Shown here: piece after piece, positions 39,579 to 43,738 of the stretch
How positions within the stretch are numbered: position 1 is the stretch's first letter
Layout: every line of letters starts with the position of its first letter
Notes under the pieces: generated by a model
Seen by the model: only the letters and a program-made list of their open reading frames with translations
Told to the model about the DNA's origin: nothing
The model's database searches: none
Made by a program: the position numbers and the translations under genes
Assembly (NCBI GenBank): GCA_002010215.1
Contig: MTMY01000024.1
Coordinates: forward strand, 1 to 43,738
DNA length: 43,738 bases
From: Archaeoglobus sp. JdFR-37
GTDB lineage: Archaea; Halobacteriota; Archaeoglobi; Archaeoglobales; Archaeoglobaceae
Direction of reading: 5' to 3'

Positions 39579-40634
39579 GTGAGATTCGAGGACATGATAA
39601 GGCTCATTGAAGGAAGTGCCTTCGACATCTGCAATGCGAGATGCAGTTATGACGCTTCAAAGCTTGTTTACAGAGCCAAAACAGGAAAGAAGACGGTCAA
39701 TCTCCTTAAAATACTCATTTCCACCCGTTGTCGTTATGATTGCTCCTACTGCCCTAATCCCTGGAGAAGAGGAATAGAAGCGACGCCTGAACAGATAGCA
39801 GAGCTGTTCAGGGCCATGAAGGAGAAAGGGCTGGTTGAGGGGGCTTTCATAAGCTCCTCCATGAGCAGTGACAGCCATGAAGTCATGGAGAGGATTCTGA
39901 AGTGTGGTGAGCTCATAAGAGAATTCCATAAAGGTTACCTCCACCTGAAAATAGTTCCCGGAGCCGACAGAGACCATATAAAAAGAGCTGTAGAGCTTGC
40001 CTCAAGAGTGAGCATAAACATCGAAACCACTTCTGAATCCCGTCTTGGCGAGTTGAGCAGCGTCAAAAATCTCAAAACCGATATTCTGAAAAGAGAGCGA
40101 TGGATTGCTGATGAAGTGGAGAAAGCAAGGAGAAATGGCCTGAGAAGAGGTCACACAACTCAAGTAATCGTGGGACTTGGAGAAAGCGATGCAGAAATTG
40201 TTAGAGTTATGAACGAGCATTACGAGAAATTTGGTGTTTCGAGATTCTACCTCTCCCCTTTCCGTCCTGTGAGTGGCACACCTTTAGAATCCGAAAGAGC
40301 TGAACGAAGAGAGAGGGTTGCAAGGCTTTATGCAGCAGATGCTCTGATGCGTCTTTATGGCTACGATTTGAAGCTCATCAACCTTGCCCTTGAAGATGGC
40401 TTTATCAGGCGGGACCCAAAAATGGCAATTGCTGAGGCTTTGATGGATAGGGGGTTCGAATTAGGCGAATTAGGCGAGATTAAAGAACCCATATTTCTAC
40501 CAGGAATTGGTTTGAAGTCAGCGCGACTGATTGAGAAAGGTTACAGCCTCATTCAGCTTAAAAAAATGGGCATCAGCCTTAAAAGGACTGCAGCATACAT
40601 GAAAGGACAGACGAGGCTTCAGGAGTTCTTCTGA
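39579..40634 (+). CDS. Radical SAM protein, putative DNA modification/repair family (TIGR03916/COG4277-like)
   Basis: LLKILISTRCRYDCSYC, GYLHLKIVPG, RVSINIE, RLYAADALMRLYG and an HhH-like LPGIGLKSA. Confidence 0.85.
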   Translation: MRFEDMIRLIEGSAFDICNARCSYDASKLVYRAKTGKKTVNLLKILISTRCRYDCSYCPNPWRRGIEATPEQIAELFRAMKEKGLVEGAFISSSMSSDSHEVMERILKCGELIREFHKGYLHLKIVPGADRDHIKRAVELASRVSINIETTSESRLGELSSVKNLKTDILKRERWIADEVEKARRNGLRRGHTTQVIVGLGESDAEIVRVMNEHYEKFGVSRFYLSPFRPVSGTPLESERAERRERVARLYAADALMRLYGYDLKLINLALEDGFIRRDPKMAIAEALMDRGFELGELGEIKEPIFLPGIGLKSARLIEKGYSLIQLKKMGISLKRTAAYMKGQTRLQEFF

Positions 40635-40655
40635 TGTTTGAACGGTTTTAAGATT

Positions 40656-42647
40656 TTAACTATTAAGCTCCAGCCCAGCCTCACTCTTTCCCAAACTCTG
40701 AAAACCTAAAACCTTGTAAATAACCGTTTCACCGCTCTCAAACACCTTTTTCAGCCCACATTTCTCAAAATGATCAGGCTTAACTCCATACATCTCCCTT
40801 TCAAAGGAGCCCACAACCACATACGACACGTTGTATTTCTGAAGGAGAAAAAGCACAACACTGCAATTTCCAGAGGTGTAGATAGCCCTCACCTCTGCTA
40901 TCCTCCTGGCCAGCTCCTCTCCATTTCCTCTCCACTGTACTTCATGGCACTGCCATGCCACAACGGTTTGCTTGGCTGCAAAGGCTGCTATTCTCCCTCC
41001 ATATCCATAGCAGTCTCCAGCTGCTTCGAGAACAATTTTTTGCTCCGCACCCCTCAACCACCTAATTGCCTCATAATCTCCTAGGCTTCTGATCCTGACG
41101 AACTCCATTCCATCAAGGTTAAAATCGGCCTTATAGTGCCTGACAGGCGTTGCTATAGCCGGATAAACCAGCATAAGAGCGAGGATGACTGTCGCCACAG
41201 GCCTCAGGTTTCTGTTTTCCCAGAAGTCTTTAAAGGCCAGAGCAGCTGGTACTGATAAAAGAATCCATGCGGCCAGATAAAACTTGAAGAAGGTATTCAT
41301 TCTGGACTCGATGGCAAAGAATTCCGTGGCTAGAACGATTAATGAGAAGACAAATGCCAGAAGTGAGGGAAAGTCATCCAGACGCCTCAGACTCACCACC
41401 ATCAGCGGGATGAGGAGAGGAGCGATGGGAAGAATTGGGATGAAGAGGATTGAGAAGATAAAAGAAGCCAAAACGATCTTCCACTCCCGCCAGTGGTAGC
41501 AGTATGCTAGCAGCAAATGAAGTCCCCAAAACTGAAAGAATTGCAGAGAATTGCTTCTTTCAGAGATAATGAAGGGTCTGGCTGAGGCAACCTCCATGGT
41601 GGAGAACAGGAGAAGTGAAGCCACAGCAGAGAGACCCAGAATTGCGACTGCAGTTTTAATCTCTTCAAATTTTTTCGGGTTTTTGGTTAATTTAACCACT
41701 TTCTCATCTTTTCTCACCCTGAGCACGGCAACCAGAAACGTCAGCATAAAGAAGATCGGGAAGTCCCAGCTGTTGGATGCAAAGAGGGAGAAAAGGGCTG
41801 GAATCAGGAAGTATCCCTTTTTTCTGTCTTTTAGATACGCATACAGAAGGGCCAAGGTCAGCAGCTTCAGCGGAATAGCAAAAACGTGTGCATGGAGGTC
41901 TGCATGGATGAAGGAGAAGTATGGAAACTCGTTAATGGTTTTGCCGTATGTGGCGTCATCAATTACCCTTGTGGCATTCCAGTAAAACAGAAATCCCGGT
42001 GTCTTTCCAGCCATCAGATTTTCGAAAAATTCCTTTGCAGCGTATAGATTCCCAGAGAACAGCATTATAACCGTTCCTGCTCCAGCGAATTTCCTTGAAT
42101 CCATCAATTCTTTCAGGAGGCCGTAGACTGTGGAAAAACTGAGAGCGGCTATATAAGCCAGACTAATGTTGAAACCAATCTCTGGAGGCGATAATGACAA
42201 CATAGTAGTGACGGCTCCAATAACATACCCGAAATAGTAATAGAAGTTCAGAGTTCCACCGGCAAAGAAAGGATCGGGTGGCGGGAATTTTCCAGCATGT
42301 ATCACGGAGTTCAGAAAGGCAATATCCATCAGCTTTTCTGCTCCTATTGCATCTGGAACAAGCGAGCGGAGGAAAAAGAAGTAGATGAAGAAAATCAGGA
42401 AAACTGCTTCGCTTTCATCAATATAGAGCTTTCTTCTTTTCCACAGCATCACTGCGGCTGTTACCAGCATGAAAACTGAAGAGATTAGAAAGGCTGTTTT
42501 GAACGGCATCAGAAATGAAAGAACAAACGCCAGAAGTGATAAAATGAGAATTGAGAATGGTCGAGATGCATAATACTTCAGCGGGAAAATCTGAGAGATT
42601 ATTATGGAGAATAAAATCAGAAAAACTATCCCCAAAATCCACATCAA
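40656..42647 (-). CDS. DUF2298 (Chlor_Arch_YYY) multi-pass membrane protein, GT-C-like
   Basis: EKLMD, PPPDPFFAG..NFYYYFG, INEFPYFSF..DLHAH, NSWDFP and RMNTFFKFY motifs. Confidence 0.88.
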   Translation of the reverse strand: MMWILGIVFLILFSIIISQIFPLKYYASRPFSILILSLLAFVLSFLMPFKTAFLISSVFMLVTAAVMLWKRRKLYIDESEAVFLIFFIYFFFLRSLVPDAIGAEKLMDIAFLNSVIHAGKFPPPDPFFAGGTLNFYYYFGYVIGAVTTMLSLSPPEIGFNISLAYIAALSFSTVYGLLKELMDSRKFAGAGTVIMLFSGNLYAAKEFFENLMAGKTPGFLFYWNATRVIDDATYGKTINEFPYFSFIHADLHAHVFAIPLKLLTLALLYAYLKDRKKGYFLIPALFSLFASNSWDFPIFFMLTFLVAVLRVRKDEKVVKLTKNPKKFEEIKTAVAILGLSAVASLLLFSTMEVASARPFIISERSNSLQFFQFWGLHLLLAYCYHWREWKIVLASFIFSILFIPILPIAPLLIPLMVVSLRRLDDFPSLLAFVFSLIVLATEFFAIESRMNTFFKFYLAAWILLSVPAALAFKDFWENRNLRPVATVILALMLVYPAIATPVRHYKADFNLDGMEFVRIRSLGDYEAIRWLRGAEQKIVLEAAGDCYGYGGRIAAFAAKQTVVAWQCHEVQWRGNGEELARRIAEVRAIYTSGNCSVVLFLLQKYNVSYVVVGSFEREMYGVKPDHFEKCGLKKVFESGETVIYKVLGFQSLGKSEAGLELNS

Positions 42648-43738
42648 TTTCCAGCCCTCCTGACCTCAGAGAGTTTCATTCCCAGCTTTGCCGAGGAAGC
42701 AACTCCAAGAACCATGGTCACCAAGTTCTTTATGGCATGGTCTATGAGCGCAGCAGCAAAGGCTGATGGTAGAGGAATGCTGAATGAGAGGATTGCAGTC
42801 AGCGACGCCTCATAGGTGCCAATTCCACCAGGCGTGATGGGAAGAATCTTTGCAAGGTTTCCTGCTGACACCGCCAGAGCCGTTAAGGCAATTGGTGCTG
42901 AGACTGAGAAGGCCATCAGAACAAGCTGGCACACCAGAATATCCACTGTCCAGATGACGATGGAGAGGGCAAAGATAATAGGGGAGGTTCGATTTCCCAC
43001 GAGCTCTGTTGCTTTCTTGAAAATCTCCCCGACCACATTTTGAAGCCTTGAGGCTGCATAAACGGCGGCAATGATGAAGATCAGGAAAACCAGACCATAA
43101 TAGGGTGTAGAAGTTGAGATTCCAGAGATCCCAGAGAGCATGAAGAGGGACGTGAATGAGATTAGTACGACAGCAGCGAGGTCGTATATCCTTTCAGCAG
43201 CTAAGGCACTGAAGGATGAGGTGTAAGGAACACCGTTCTTTTTGAACACATATGCCCTAGCTGCATCACCGATCCTCACCGGAGTAATGACGTTCATGGT
43301 CTGACTTATTGCCACACTCTCAGCAGCGAACAAAAGGGTTGACGGGAATCCCAGCTTTTTCAGAATCATTCTATATCTGAAGCCCCTGAGCAGGAAGGTA
43401 GATGAGTAGAGTATGACTGCATAGAAGACGTATGTGGTATTTGCTCTGGAGATGGCATCAATAAGATTGCCAATGCCAGCATATAGGGCCGTAGCAGAAA
43501 GAATTAGAAGAGCTGTCAGAACAGAAAGCAAAATTAGCTTTTTCCCCCTTTTTCCGCTTTCCATCTCGCTTCCTATTCTTCCTATCTCACCATACGCTCC
43601 GTTCTTTATCTCGCCGTACATTTTAATGAGTCTCGAAAGCATATACACCGAATCCCTTCCCAGCTTCACTTTGGTATCCTCGCCTTGCTCCCATGAAACT
43701 GGAATTTCTTTGATGCTCAGGCCTTTGCGCTGGGCAAG
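42644..43738 (-). CDS. AglD-like GT2 glycosyltransferase fused to an LPG-synthase/flippase-like membrane domain (5' partial)
   Basis: The frame stays open to the right edge: LAQRKGLSIKEIPVSWEQGEDTKV (C-terminus of a DPM1-like GT2). It continues into a TM domain with PVRIGD and PITPGGIGTYE. Confidence 0.85.
   Translation of the reverse strand, partial: LAQRKGLSIKEIPVSWEQGEDTKVKLGRDSVYMLSRLIKMYGEIKNGAYGEIGRIGSEMESGKRGKKLILLSVLTALLILSATALYAGIGNLIDAISRANTTYVFYAVILYSSTFLLRGFRYRMILKKLGFPSTLLFAAESVAISQTMNVITPVRIGDAARAYVFKKNGVPYTSSFSALAAERIYDLAAVVLISFTSLFMLSGISGISTSTPYYGLVFLIFIIAAVYAASRLQNVVGEIFKKATELVGNRTSPIIFALSIVIWTVDILVCQLVLMAFSVSAPIALTALAVSAGNLAKILPITPGGIGTYEASLTAILSFSIPLPSAFAAALIDHAIKNLVTMVLGVASSAKLGMKLSEVRRAGN

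Overview
Archaeal chromosomal window. Gene content, TATA/BRE promoters and often leaderless starts suggest Archaeoglobaceae; this is an inference. Most of it is housekeeping: a MEMO1-mvk-ipk-fni-idsA-gltX isoprenoid/translation cluster, glyS, RNA-modifying enzymes, XPB-Bax1 and Hel308 repair helicases, a VapBC pair, tRNA-Thr(GGT) and an AglD-like/DUF2298 glycosylation pair. The most striking feature is missing from the supplied ORF track because it runs off the left edge. It is a secreted multiheme c-type cytochrome (minus strand, 2216 to <1) with at least 19 heme-binding motifs in 738 aa, three of them atypical (CX3CH, CX4CH, CX5CH). It has an apparent ~428-aa, 12-heme repeat unit rich in N-glycosylation sequons. 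Other items not in the track are a dispersed G-quadruplex-type intergenic repeat family, a decayed HNH nuclease plus membrane-protein island at the tRNA-Thr 3' end, and two small proteins (a 41-aa Cys/His peptide and a 34-aa KKKK-YYYY peptide). The 'adenine deaminase' has YerA/N6-methyladenine-deaminase-type motifs, and short (mostly 9-bp) tandem duplications recur across the window.
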